In this document: positions 11,701 to 21,203 of the stretch, in pieces
Layout: each line of letters starts with the position of its first letter
Position numbering within the stretch: position 1 is the first letter of the stretch
DNA from: a virus
Taxonomy: Duplodnaviria; Caudoviricetes
Reading direction: 5' to 3' (one strand)
IMG/VR virus record: IMGVR_UViG_3300033153_008214
Location: 1 to 62,152 of that record
Length of the DNA: 62,152 nt
Program-made: the position numbers and the translations under genes
Notes under the pieces: generated by a model
Told to the model about the DNA's origin: nothing
Database searches by the model: none
The model's input: the letters and a program-made list of their open reading frames with translations, nothing else

Positions 11701-14700
11701 TCAAACTGGTCAAGGAATTACTACCGGATCATTTAACGTTGCTATAGGCAATGGATCATACTTAGAAGGTACTGGCGATTCAAATACTTTTGTTGGAGAT
11801 GATGCAGCCCATGGTGCAGTAGGGCTAGCTACAGGTTCTGGGAATGTGATGATGGGCAGGTTTGCCGGATATGTTATGAAGGGCACATCCTACTCTGTCG
11901 GCATTGGTTACAATGCACTGAAAGCTATTGAAGCAACTTACACTGTCGGGATTGGTACTAATACTTTAGGCAATTTAACAACGGGAGTTGCAAACACTGC
12001 AGTGGGATCTCTAGGACTTCGTGATTTAACAACTGAATCAAACAACACATCTTTAGGATTTCACTCTGGCGAGAATACTACTTCCGCAAATAATACACTT
12101 GTTGGAGCCTATTCTGGTGCTGGTGTAGATGGATACTCAACTGGCAGTGATAATACATTCTTGGGATATAATTCCGGTTTTTCTATAACATCCGGTGCTT
12201 ATAATACTCTACTCGGTGCGAATGCTGGAGATACGATCACTACTGGCAGTAACAATGTTGCTGTTGGTTACCAGGTCATGGATACGGCAGCGAATGGGTC
12301 AACCAATATTGGTATTGGGTATAACGTATTAAGATCAGCAACGGGCACAAATAATATCGCTATCGGTGGGGGCGCAGGTCAGTCAGTATCTACTGGTGGG
12401 TCTAACATATATATTGGAGAGTCTACTGGCACGTCGCTTACCACAACGGCAAATACTGTTGCAATCGGGCGCAGGGCACTTGTCGGCTCAGGTGGGGATA
12501 TGGATGAGTCCATATTTATGGGGCACCTCGCCGGAGAAAACTTTACTGGATCTGGAAACCATATAGCTATCGGCTCCCGTGCTATACGCAATAGTGGTGC
12601 AACTTCTACAATCATTGCAATTGGCAGGCAGGCAGGATATTATAATAGTGGAGCCAATATATTAATCGGCGGTGATGCAGGTTATGGAGTTAGTGGGTTA
12701 ACTACAGGGAGCGGAACTACCGCAATAGGAACTTCTGCTGCATTTAAGCTTACTACAGGGTATGAGAATGTACTTGTCGGAAATCGATCTGGATATAATC
12801 TATCAACTGGAGTATCAAATGTATCCATTGGTAATGATTCAGGGCATAGTTTGGATGGCTACAATTTCAATGTATTTGTTGGAAAATCAGCCGCTCAGTA
12901 TAATCGCACCAACAATAACGTAGCTATAGGTCATGAAGCCGGTATGGGTGCTGATGGAACTACAGTAGGAAATGGGGCGAATGTATTTATTGGATATCTG
13001 GCCGCTAAGTTAATTACGACTGGCTATTCAAATGTTACAATCGGAAGTACTGCTGGAACTGGATTTACGACTGCTCGAAATAATGTAGCAATAGGGTCAG
13101 GCTCATTAGCTAACAATGCTGGTGGTTTTGAGAATGTAGGGGTTGGTGACGCCGCAGGTATTAACTCTACCGGATATAATAATACATTTGTTGGTAGTAG
13201 AGCGGGATATACTGGTGGTGCAGGAACTGGCTCTACTATGATAGGAATGACTGCTGGATTTTATAGTACTGGTAGTAGCAATGTAGCTATCGGCCAAGCT
13301 GCAATGTATGGTCAGTCAGGATTAACTACGGGAGCTAGTAATGTACTTGTTGGTACAGCATCAGGATATAAAATAACTACTGGAGCGTCTAACGTATTGA
13401 TAGGCTATGGGACAGGTCATGAGCTTGAAAGTGGCAGTTCGAATACATTCCTTGGTAGAAATGCTGGATATTACTCTATCGCATCAGATAATACTCTTAT
13501 AGGTTCTTACTCTGGAGAGTCTGCAGATACTGGAACGTCTTTAACTTATGCTGGTTATGAATCAGGCCGCTATCTTGAAGGCAGTAGCAATACGGTATTC
13601 GGGTATCAGGCAGCTAAAGGAGTTGATGGATACTCTACTGGTATCAGTAATACATTCGTAGGTTATTATTCTGGTCAGGCAATTACAACAGGTAGTGGAA
13701 ATGTAAGCTCAGGCTATCAGACATTACTTGCCCTAGACACTGGATCATACAACCTTGCACAGGGTTGGTCTGCCGGTACAGCAATTACCTCTTCCAGTAA
13801 CAATGTTGCACTTGGTAGAGAAACATTAGAGACTCTTTCTACTGGCTCTGGCGCAAATGTTGCCATTGGTTACCAGGCTGGAAATACAAACATTTCTGGA
13901 AATAACAACCTTTATATAGGAGCATCTGCAGGATTCTTGAGTACTGGAAATGCAAATGTATTCCTTGGCACCTCTGCAGGTTATAATGAGACTGGCTCAA
14001 ACCTACTTTACATAGACAACTCTAATACTGCTGACCCACTTATTTACGGAAACTTCTCTGCTAATAGGCTCGGTATTAATACAGGTACGGTAGCCACAGC
14101 AACATTAACTCTTGATAACCTTGCAGCTACTGATGACATCTTCGTAGCCAGAGATAATGGTAGCGTAGTATTTACCATTGCAGACGGTGGCAATGTTACT
14201 ATAGAAAATGATTTAATTGTTAATGGTACAACCACTACAATTAATTCTGAAAATGTTCTTATAGCTGATAATCATCTATACTTAAACCATGGTTATACTG
14301 CAGGCACTGCTCAGTCAGGTGGTATCGTAGTTAACTATGATCCTACAGCTACCACTGATACGGTAAATGGAGTTTATGTTGCAGGTATTGCAGCCACTTC
14401 AAATCCAACCGTAGTAACTACGGGCTCAGCAACCTTTGCACAGTATGATTTAATTCAGATTGGTAGCAGTACTGAGAACAATGGACTATTTGAGGTAGAG
14501 AGCCACTCAGGTACAACTCTTACGGTTCGTGGTGTAGGTACTGCGTCAACCATTGAAAGCTTTACTGAGAACCAACTTGTTGCAGGGGCTTCGGATTCAG
14601 CATCAATCACCAAGATTGGTGTGGCTGTATTAAGAGCTGGTACAAATGGCTTATTTGAGATAACTAGAGGTGAAGTAACTTCAGCGACTGGAATGGTATT

Positions 14701-16072
14701 TAAGGATATTTTCCCGAATGAAGTTGAAACGATTACATATGCGGCCAGTATTGATTTGGACATGGACCCTTCAGTCTTGTCTATCAAGAGTGTAACGCTT
14801 ACTGGAAATATTACGTTTACCACATCTAATCGTGGAGCTGGCAGAGTAGCCAGTATACGCATTGTAGGGGATACTTCAGACAGGAACCTTACATTCCCGG
14901 CAGGCTGGAAATTCCTTGGCGGTCCGACACCTGCAGCTATTCCAGCCAATCAGGTGGGCATCCTTAGTATCACTGCATTTGGCGGAACGGATGCGGATAT
15001 CATTGCTGGATTTAGTTTTGATACCAGTGAGACTGGTTTGGGTGGGACAGGTACTGCGACTGAGCTTGCATATTTCACTGACTCAGATTCATTAGCTTCA
15101 ATGACAAGTATTACCTGGAATGGCTCTTCAAGATTTGACATTGGAATTGCAGGAACTACGACATTTCCAGCACTTACATTTACGGATTCTGGGCTAGGCT
15201 TCTTCAGAGTAGCGGCAAATACTTTAGGAATATGTGCCTCTGGTTCTGAAAAAATGAGGATTGTTGGAACGGGCGTCGTGTTCAATGAGCCTGGTGGTGG
15301 AAATGGTAATGTTAGAATTGAGGGTGCAGGTGATATAAACCTATTTAAAACAGATGCTACGACCAATTCTGTTGGAATTGGCATAGCTACTGCAACCTCT
15401 AAGTTAGATATAGGAGGGACATTTGACCCTCTAGCAGGGGCTATTGGTTCAGTTGTATCCATTGGAGGTACACTTACTGAAGCAGCTTCTGGTACACATG
15501 CATTACTCGCAGGCTTAGAAATCAATATCCCTGTTATTACAGGTGGTTCAGCAACTGTTACTAATACAGCTTCTCTTTATGTTGCTGGAGTAGCTTCTGC
15601 AACTGTGACTGGTGACAACTATGCGATGTGGGTTGATACAGGCACATCAAGATTTGATGGTGACTTGTTATTAGAAGAAATAGCAGCCCCATCTACTCCA
15701 GCGTCAGGTTTTGGAACAATTTACGCCAAAACAGACGGTCTCCCTTATTGGCAAGATTCTGATGGTTATGAATACAGTATGACTCCTGGAACTACTGCAA
15801 TAGGTTCAGTGTCAGGAACAACATATCTTGATGGTTCAGACCACGTAGTATTCGTAGATGCATCTTCAGGTGCAGTATCAGTAATACTTCCAACAGCTTC
15901 AGTATATTCAGGTCAAGAGTATAAGATTAAGAAAACTGATTCATCTGGCAATAATGTAATTGTTACCAGGTCTGGCTCAGATACGATAGATGGACAGACG
16001 ACATACATATTTGGCACTCAATATGATGCATTTGTATTTATAAGTGATGGCACAAATTGGTATGTATTCTAA
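8759..16072 (+). CDS. Giant tail fibre/adhesin with long YadA-head-like (Hep/Hag-type) beta-roll repeats
   Basis: 2437 aa. About 1500 aa of N-x-x-(I/V)-G-x-x-(A/S)-G repeats of ~14 aa, plus RLGIGT fibre motifs. The C-terminus (VFVDASSGAVSVILPTA...IKKTD...IDG...SDGTNWYVF) is typical of phage fibre tips. 10 DGY. Confidence 0.8.
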   Translation: MTFTTDTLSKAAFKILNGFTHSSNSKDLSNEADSSSPVVASSEIFADKLLSVSQILADGYGVYVSGLTLVEDLSSDGKSYEFTIGAVSGSALDGYINPKTGSLYVDDDRVGYLLHPKYDPDLRAIILDNGIERAPLDSTDFFVDYYNGRVTSEDDMLLGVTGTANAYVFTGNFLSDTLDNIISSTPTITGGKDGYLAVWDSGSTLNYDESLYFDTTNDRLGIGTAAPSYEIDVVGAANVTDRYRIGSVDALRVESNDVFVGNTGTNASGGNNLLLGYFAGRTLGAGDRNTFIGSLSGELATGSSQGVAIGYVAGARATGSGYVAIGSNAGAFQDGAIGPVYIGQAAGKYAEGNYNTALGHNALSGSDGYTTGTYNVAIGKSAGYSITTANDSVLIGQEAGVNLSTGITNVLIGKKPGSAITTARGTVIIGEEAGQETNASYGIFIGAFAGRYATGVDNIAIGQVAGEGVSGTNTGTSNIFIGVKAGQKITSGDSNLAIGKEAGDAITTGGGNMLLGAGAGGSIIDGGSNIGIGFGSIAGLTSSYGVVGIGQAAGHIGGSYSVHIGYTAGNTDSSAYNVNIGWSAGNNAGASATHSVRIGYQAGRYGTGPDNTIIGYGAGEGATGLSTFSATTLIGVHAGNNLTTGIQNTFIGFYSGLGATTASYNVVSGVYAGYRLDGYSNNVFSGYQAGRYLRSNDNVAIGYNAGLGVDGISTGTDNTFVGYESGLAITTGYLNTFVGHQSGTSNTTGYASIFIGPYSGLNSLASDYAVAIGYEAMKNVVNSDNSIAIGRGSLQSTTVGSQVAIGAFAGEKIVSNVALTAIGYKAAQFLTGSYNLAVGYESGLGIDGQSTGESNVLLGHNSGKNLTTGNYNVAIGKSAGESLDGYSNVVHIGYEAGLYSRVNSTVAIGYQAGRGVDGISTGASNVFVGSVSGVSITTGERNVGLGAGAINSLTDGDKNIGIGYSAGGAVTTGDANILMGSQTGQGITTGSFNVAIGNGSYLEGTGDSNTFVGDDAAHGAVGLATGSGNVMMGRFAGYVMKGTSYSVGIGYNALKAIEATYTVGIGTNTLGNLTTGVANTAVGSLGLRDLTTESNNTSLGFHSGENTTSANNTLVGAYSGAGVDGYSTGSDNTFLGYNSGFSITSGAYNTLLGANAGDTITTGSNNVAVGYQVMDTAANGSTNIGIGYNVLRSATGTNNIAIGGGAGQSVSTGGSNIYIGESTGTSLTTTANTVAIGRRALVGSGGDMDESIFMGHLAGENFTGSGNHIAIGSRAIRNSGATSTIIAIGRQAGYYNSGANILIGGDAGYGVSGLTTGSGTTAIGTSAAFKLTTGYENVLVGNRSGYNLSTGVSNVSIGNDSGHSLDGYNFNVFVGKSAAQYNRTNNNVAIGHEAGMGADGTTVGNGANVFIGYLAAKLITTGYSNVTIGSTAGTGFTTARNNVAIGSGSLANNAGGFENVGVGDAAGINSTGYNNTFVGSRAGYTGGAGTGSTMIGMTAGFYSTGSSNVAIGQAAMYGQSGLTTGASNVLVGTASGYKITTGASNVLIGYGTGHELESGSSNTFLGRNAGYYSIASDNTLIGSYSGESADTGTSLTYAGYESGRYLEGSSNTVFGYQAAKGVDGYSTGISNTFVGYYSGQAITTGSGNVSSGYQTLLALDTGSYNLAQGWSAGTAITSSSNNVALGRETLETLSTGSGANVAIGYQAGNTNISGNNNLYIGASAGFLSTGNANVFLGTSAGYNETGSNLLYIDNSNTADPLIYGNFSANRLGINTGTVATATLTLDNLAATDDIFVARDNGSVVFTIADGGNVTIENDLIVNGTTTTINSENVLIADNHLYLNHGYTAGTAQSGGIVVNYDPTATTDTVNGVYVAGIAATSNPTVVTTGSATFAQYDLIQIGSSTENNGLFEVESHSGTTLTVRGVGTASTIESFTENQLVAGASDSASITKIGVAVLRAGTNGLFEITRGEVTSATGMVFKDIFPNEVETITYAASIDLDMDPSVLSIKSVTLTGNITFTTSNRGAGRVASIRIVGDTSDRNLTFPAGWKFLGGPTPAAIPANQVGILSITAFGGTDADIIAGFSFDTSETGLGGTGTATELAYFTDSDSLASMTSITWNGSSRFDIGIAGTTTFPALTFTDSGLGFFRVAANTLGICASGSEKMRIVGTGVVFNEPGGGNGNVRIEGAGDINLFKTDATTNSVGIGIATATSKLDIGGTFDPLAGAIGSVVSIGGTLTEAASGTHALLAGLEINIPVITGGSATVTNTASLYVAGVASATVTGDNYAMWVDTGTSRFDGDLLLEEIAAPSTPASGFGTIYAKTDGLPYWQDSDGYEYSMTPGTTAIGSVSGTTYLDGSDHVVFVDASSGAVSVILPTASVYSGQEYKIKKTDSSGNNVIVTRSGSDTIDGQTTYIFGTQYDAFVFISDGTNWYVF
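9510..14010 (+). repeat. Degenerate ~14-aa (42-nt) coding repeat array, NxxIGxxAG
   Basis: Visible in translation, e.g. NVAIGKSAG, NIAIGQVAG, NTFVGYESG, NVAIGYQAG. Boundaries approximate. Confidence 0.85.
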
Positions 16073-16107
16073 GAATTCTGATATTAATAATTAAGTAGAA
16101 GGTCACT

Positions 16108-17490
16108 ATGTCATATAAAAATATACACCCATTTCAGCCTGGATTAAGGACCATATATGTAAACCACACCACTGGTGGTGATGGGTATGCTGGTACGATT
16201 TCAGAGCCTTGTGCGACCATACAGCAAGCTGTGAATAGGTTCAAGCCACTTGATAGGGGGGCTCAGAACTGGGCATTAAATGATGATAGAACCATATTAG
16301 TTCAGGACCCTGGTGGAGATTCTATATTTGATGAAGAAATAGTTATCCCTCCACACGCAGGAGACGGGGCACTTATAATTAGAGCAGAATATCAGGTAGA
16401 ATTCTCTGGCTTGGTCGAGTCTGGGAGTCCATTTTCTACAATTGCTGGATTTGAAGTAAGGCAACGCCTTAGCTTTACAACGTCTCCTATGACTGCTTCA
16501 ACTTTAGGAGATGGGTATTTTGTAGTACCTCAGACGAATACTTTGGGAAATCCATTTGAGTTTGGATGGGAGATACTCCCAATAGTTGACAATGCAACTG
16601 GAACATGTGATGTTGTCGCTTATGATCCAGGTTCATATACAGCATTTACTCATCTTGCTGCAGTAGCAGTGGATATTGTAAAGCCTCAGGTTATTTGGCG
16701 TCCAGGATTGACAGATGCTTCTGGAGACTATCCGGTTCCATGCATTAGAAATATGGGAGGTTCCTTAATTGTAGAGGGTTTCAGATTCCAGAACTCTACA
16801 GCAGGCCAATCGAATGTAGTATTGATGAACACAGGACCCTCTGGCGACACTTGGTTTGGCGGCAGAGTATATATAAGAGGATGTGTTGTCGAAAATAATG
16901 GAAGTGGAACAGGTTTTAGAGGGGTCGTTCATGGTGATAGTTGCGCACTATCAGGTGTATTACTTCAGGGAAGAAATGGAATAACTATGAGTTCTTCAGA
17001 TCTTATAGGCGTAAATATTCGCCAGGCACTCTCTGCAGGTTTTACACCAGCTAATGGTTTATATGGAGTAGCTAACGCATATTTGTATGGAGTGGATACA
17101 GAACTATCAGCAAGCGATTCAAAGATCTTTAATATACATATGTCTTCGAATATTATGATTGCTATAGATCTTAGGGGCGGCGGTTTACATTTCTGGCAAG
17201 GCGCTGCACAGATTGACGCAATGTCATGTGAAGATAGTGCAAAGACATGTATAGTGCTCTCAACTGACTCTACAGCATTTATACTTTCGGCGTCAAGAGC
17301 AGTTGGATCTTCTGGAAATACAGATTACGGGGTAAGGATGTTCGGCTACAATGCTGTACTCGAAGGTTATAGCCCGCCATCATTAAGTGGCTCATTAGGA
17401 GATCTTAAGGTAGGGGATAACCCGATAACATCTTGGGGTGTCGGCGATTATATAGATATGACTAAATCATGCAAAGCTTATAATGTATAG
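16108..17490 (+). CDS. Beta-helix spike-like protein, paralog of the C-terminal part of ORF 1287-3410
   Basis: TIYVNHTTGGDGYAGTISEPCATIQQA matches TIYVSATGSDIDGYGSIDVPYRQIQRA. The C-termini are also similar (LKVGDN...SCKA vs IKVGGN...MCKA). 2 DGY. Confidence 0.55.
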   Translation: MSYKNIHPFQPGLRTIYVNHTTGGDGYAGTISEPCATIQQAVNRFKPLDRGAQNWALNDDRTILVQDPGGDSIFDEEIVIPPHAGDGALIIRAEYQVEFSGLVESGSPFSTIAGFEVRQRLSFTTSPMTASTLGDGYFVVPQTNTLGNPFEFGWEILPIVDNATGTCDVVAYDPGSYTAFTHLAAVAVDIVKPQVIWRPGLTDASGDYPVPCIRNMGGSLIVEGFRFQNSTAGQSNVVLMNTGPSGDTWFGGRVYIRGCVVENNGSGTGFRGVVHGDSCALSGVLLQGRNGITMSSSDLIGVNIRQALSAGFTPANGLYGVANAYLYGVDTELSASDSKIFNIHMSSNIMIAIDLRGGGLHFWQGAAQIDAMSCEDSAKTCIVLSTDSTAFILSASRAVGSSGNTDYGVRMFGYNAVLEGYSPPSLSGSLGDLKVGDNPITSWGVGDYIDMTKSCKAYNV

Positions 17491-17499
17491 GAGTTATTA

Positions 17500-17688
17500 A
17501 TGCCATCAAGACGTAGAAAATATGCAAAAGAAGAGTCAGTAGTTACTGCTGGTGATGCGGCCTACGATGCCGTTAAAGATACATGGGCTAATAAAGCTAA
17601 TCCTACCCCTGAAGAAGAAGTGGCAGCTAAAAATGCAAGGCTTAAAGCTAAAATAGATGCAGCACAAGCCTTAGTGGATGCGGAGTAA
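17500..17688 (+). CDS. Small hypothetical protein
   Basis: RBS aggag. Fills the intergenic gap exactly. Confidence 0.55.
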   Translation: MPSRRRKYAKEESVVTAGDAAYDAVKDTWANKANPTPEEEVAAKNARLKAKIDAAQALVDAE

Positions 17689-17691
17689 TAA

Positions 17692-20600
17692 ATGACTTCT
17701 TATGTAAATGATGACCTGATTGTTACAGGTAATGTGGCAGTCCAGGGAAAGACTGAATTATCAAGTAACTACATATATATGAATAATGGGTACACGACTG
17801 CAGTTGCGCAAACTGGAGGTCTCTCATTTAATTATAGCCCTACGGGATTAACTGATACAGTTAACGGAGTCTATGTAGCTGGTGTTGCATCTACTTCAAA
17901 TCCTACTGTAGTTACAACTGGTTCTGCCACTTTTGCAGCAGGCGATTTTGTTCAATTTAACGGTGCTTCAAAAAACAATGGGCTTTTTGAAGTACTTACT
18001 CATACTACCACAACTTTAACTATTCGTGGAATTGGTACAACTGCAGCTATTGAAGATTTTACAGATACCCAATTTATTGCTGGTAGTTCTGATTCCGCAA
18101 CTATTGCTAAGGTTAATGTAGCTATAATTAGAACTGGAATAGATGGGGTATTTGAAACAGCTCGGGGAAGTTCCACTACTGGTTCAGGCTTGGTATTTAA
18201 AGATGTATTTCCAAATCAACTTGATACCCTTGCTTACAGCGCAACTGTTGACTTGGACATGGATCCTCTTGGCCTTTCTTATAAGACAGTGACACTTACG
18301 GGTAATATTACGTTTACGACATCTAGTCGTGGAGCTGGCAGAATAACTGTAATTAGGATAGTAGGTGACACTTCTGATAGGACACTTACATTTCCGGCTG
18401 GATGGAAATTCCTTGGTGGACCTACACCTGCATCAATACCTGCTAACCAGGTTGGCATCCTTAGTATCACTGGCTTTGGAACTGCAGATGCAGACATTGT
18501 AGCTGGATTTAGCTTTGACACTAGTGAGACTAGTTTAGGTGGCAGTGGTACGGTCAATGAACTCGCCTACTTTACTGATCCTGACTCGCTAACTTCAAGT
18601 TCAGCTTTAACTTGGGATGGCATAGATTTAGGTGTTGACGGATATATATCAATTACAGAGGAAGATTCACCACCAACCCCTACGTCTGGAACAGGGTATA
18701 TATTTGCAAAAACTGATGGTATTTTATATTGGAAAGATGATTCTGGTACAGAAACATCGGTAGTTGGTTTCGGGGATGTAGTTAAAGTCGGAACACCAGC
18801 AAATAATCAACTAGGCATTTGGACTGGCGATGGAACAATTGAAGGTGATTCTAACTTTACCTGGACCGGAACTGTTCTTGATATGAAAACTACCAGTAAT
18901 GCGGGTACATACTTTACTAATACTGCAGCTAGTGGGAGTACAGGCGGTTCTGGGATCATCTCGGGAAGTAATGATGGTGCAGCAATGGCCAACAATGATC
19001 GCCTTGGATATTTGGTATTTAGAGGCGCAAGAGATGCCTCATCAACCTTCACTAATTCTGCTGCCGTTGCAGCCTATGCTTCAGAGACATGGACAGGTTC
19101 CTCTTCACCTTCACGTCTAATATTTCAGACTACTCCAAGTGGCAGTAATTCTCGCGTTGAAGGAATGAGGCTAGATAAAAATGGTAACATTGGTGTTGGC
19201 CAATCGACGATTACTTCCAAGTTAGAAGTTGGCGGAACATTTGCTCCAGCAGTTTCTGCAATCGGTTCAGTTGTATCTATTGGGGGCACACTTACTGAAG
19301 CAGCTTCTGGCACACATGCGTTGCTTGCAGGTTTAGAAATTAACATACCTGTCATAACAGGTGGTTCAGCAACAGTTACGAATACAGCCTCTCTTTATGT
19401 AGCTGGTGTTGCTTCTGCAACTGTGACTGGTGATAACTATGCTATGTGGATTGACGCGGGTACATCAAGATTTGATGGCTCATTATTACTTGCTGAAGCA
19501 GCAGCACCTGGAACACCAGCAAGTGGGTTTGGTTCATTGTACGCTAAAACTGATGGCTACTTATATTGGAAGAATGATGCAGCCGAAGAATATAATGTAT
19601 CTACTTCAGCCGGTGGTGGTGGCGGGGGCAGCTTAACTGGCTCTGGTGCTACCAATCAGATTACTTACTGGAACGGTACAACCAGTTTAACTGGCAGTTC
19701 AAGTTTTACATTTGATGGTACAACATTTGCGGTAGATACAGCAGCGATATTCAATGAAACTGGAGCAGCAATAGATTTCAGGATAGAAGGTGATAATGAG
19801 CAAAATCTGTTCTTCGTCGATGGCTCTACTGATAGGATTGGCATAGGAACGAATACTCCGGCTGAGAGGCTTCATATTGAGGGAACTGTTGATGGAGGAG
19901 TTAAGCTACGAATTCATAATTTGAATGATGGAGGCACAAGTCATCAATCCAGATTAGATGTAGTTGCTGGGCCGACAATGTCTGTTGGAGGTTCAGGAGA
20001 CCCTTATTTTTCATTTATTGTTTTAGGTGATGGGCATGCTTCAGTTCCAAGTATTGTAAATTCAGTAGCGACGAATTGTAATGAGTATCGCATGTCCACA
20101 TCTTATAAGTCTGGTGGAAAGATAACATTCTATACTGACCCTGGGACGGCTGGTGCAACCATTGAACGAATTGCAATAACTGCAAGTACTGAAACTGTAT
20201 TCAATGATCCTGGTAGTGACTATGATTTCCGCGTCGAGGGTGATACAAGAGCAAACCTACTTTTCATTGACGCAGGTCAAGATCGAGTTGGTATAAATAG
20301 AACTACTGGAAATCTTGGAGCAACTCTTGATATAGATAATCTTGCAGTTGCTGAATCTGTATTCATCGCAAGGGATAATGGTACTGCCAAGTTTACTATT
20401 GCAAATGGTGGAGCGTTAACTCAAGAAGGTGGAGCTGTCTTCAATGAGACTGGAGCAGATGTTGATTTCCGTGTAGAAGGTTTAACCGATCCGAATCTTC
20501 TTACTGTTAATGCAGGTGTGAATGCTATAGGTATTGGGCAATCAACGCCAACCTCCAAGCTAGAAATTGGTGGGACGTTTGCCCCAGCAGCTTCCGCTAT

Positions 20601-21195
20601 TGGTTCTATGTTTTCTATTGGGGGAACTCTTACTGAAGCAGGCTCTGGAACACACGGATTACTTGCTGGATTGGAAGTAAATGCTCCTACCGTTACTGGA
20701 GCAGCAGCTACCGTAACAAATACAGCATCTCTCTATGTAGCTGGTGCAATGTCGGCTACGGTAGCTGGTGTTAATTACGGATTATGGGTAGATGGAGGAG
20801 AGACAAGACTTGATGGAAGCGTACTTCACTTAGGGGATAATGACTATCAGATAGAGACTACTGCAGTATCTACTACGAATGCAACCGTAACGACTATTAT
20901 GACACTTGGTACATCTTCAAATACCACTTATATGTTAAAGACTGAAATTGTTGGTAAGCGTACTGGTGGTGCATCAGGTGCCGCTAACGATGGAGCAGTT
21001 TACGTTAGATCGGCAAGGATTAAAAATAATGCTGGCACGGTAACTATTAATGACCTGCAAACCGACTTCACAAGTGAGGATCAGGATTGGGATGGAACCA
21101 TTACTTTTTCTGGAACGAATGTATTAGTAAGGGTGACTGGAGCTGCGAGTAATAATATTGATTGGGTAGCAACCACTACTGTGCAGGCTGTTTAG
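17692..21195 (+). CDS. Tail fibre protein sharing modules with the C-terminal third of ORF 8759-16072
   Basis: Long near-identical protein blocks (VTLTGNITFTTS.RGAGR..., IGGTLTEAASGTHALLAGLEINIP...). Repeated FNETGA..DFR.EG and RIGIGT fibre motifs. 2 DGY. Confidence 0.75.
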   Translation: MTSYVNDDLIVTGNVAVQGKTELSSNYIYMNNGYTTAVAQTGGLSFNYSPTGLTDTVNGVYVAGVASTSNPTVVTTGSATFAAGDFVQFNGASKNNGLFEVLTHTTTTLTIRGIGTTAAIEDFTDTQFIAGSSDSATIAKVNVAIIRTGIDGVFETARGSSTTGSGLVFKDVFPNQLDTLAYSATVDLDMDPLGLSYKTVTLTGNITFTTSSRGAGRITVIRIVGDTSDRTLTFPAGWKFLGGPTPASIPANQVGILSITGFGTADADIVAGFSFDTSETSLGGSGTVNELAYFTDPDSLTSSSALTWDGIDLGVDGYISITEEDSPPTPTSGTGYIFAKTDGILYWKDDSGTETSVVGFGDVVKVGTPANNQLGIWTGDGTIEGDSNFTWTGTVLDMKTTSNAGTYFTNTAASGSTGGSGIISGSNDGAAMANNDRLGYLVFRGARDASSTFTNSAAVAAYASETWTGSSSPSRLIFQTTPSGSNSRVEGMRLDKNGNIGVGQSTITSKLEVGGTFAPAVSAIGSVVSIGGTLTEAASGTHALLAGLEINIPVITGGSATVTNTASLYVAGVASATVTGDNYAMWIDAGTSRFDGSLLLAEAAAPGTPASGFGSLYAKTDGYLYWKNDAAEEYNVSTSAGGGGGGSLTGSGATNQITYWNGTTSLTGSSSFTFDGTTFAVDTAAIFNETGAAIDFRIEGDNEQNLFFVDGSTDRIGIGTNTPAERLHIEGTVDGGVKLRIHNLNDGGTSHQSRLDVVAGPTMSVGGSGDPYFSFIVLGDGHASVPSIVNSVATNCNEYRMSTSYKSGGKITFYTDPGTAGATIERIAITASTETVFNDPGSDYDFRVEGDTRANLLFIDAGQDRVGINRTTGNLGATLDIDNLAVAESVFIARDNGTAKFTIANGGALTQEGGAVFNETGADVDFRVEGLTDPNLLTVNAGVNAIGIGQSTPTSKLEIGGTFAPAASAIGSMFSIGGTLTEAGSGTHGLLAGLEVNAPTVTGAAATVTNTASLYVAGAMSATVAGVNYGLWVDGGETRLDGSVLHLGDNDYQIETTAVSTTNATVTTIMTLGTSSNTTYMLKTEIVGKRTGGASGAANDGAVYVRSARIKNNAGTVTINDLQTDFTSEDQDWDGTITFSGTNVLVRVTGAASNNIDWVATTTVQAV

Positions 21196-21203
21196 GAAGT
21201 AAT

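Noticed and set aside
21162-21203. ORF-track start for the second spike paralog (also starts at 7134, 28451, 30382, 31415)
   Set aside because: Downstream starts have Shine-Dalgarno sequences or match paralog N-termini, and they avoid overlaps, so the starts were moved.
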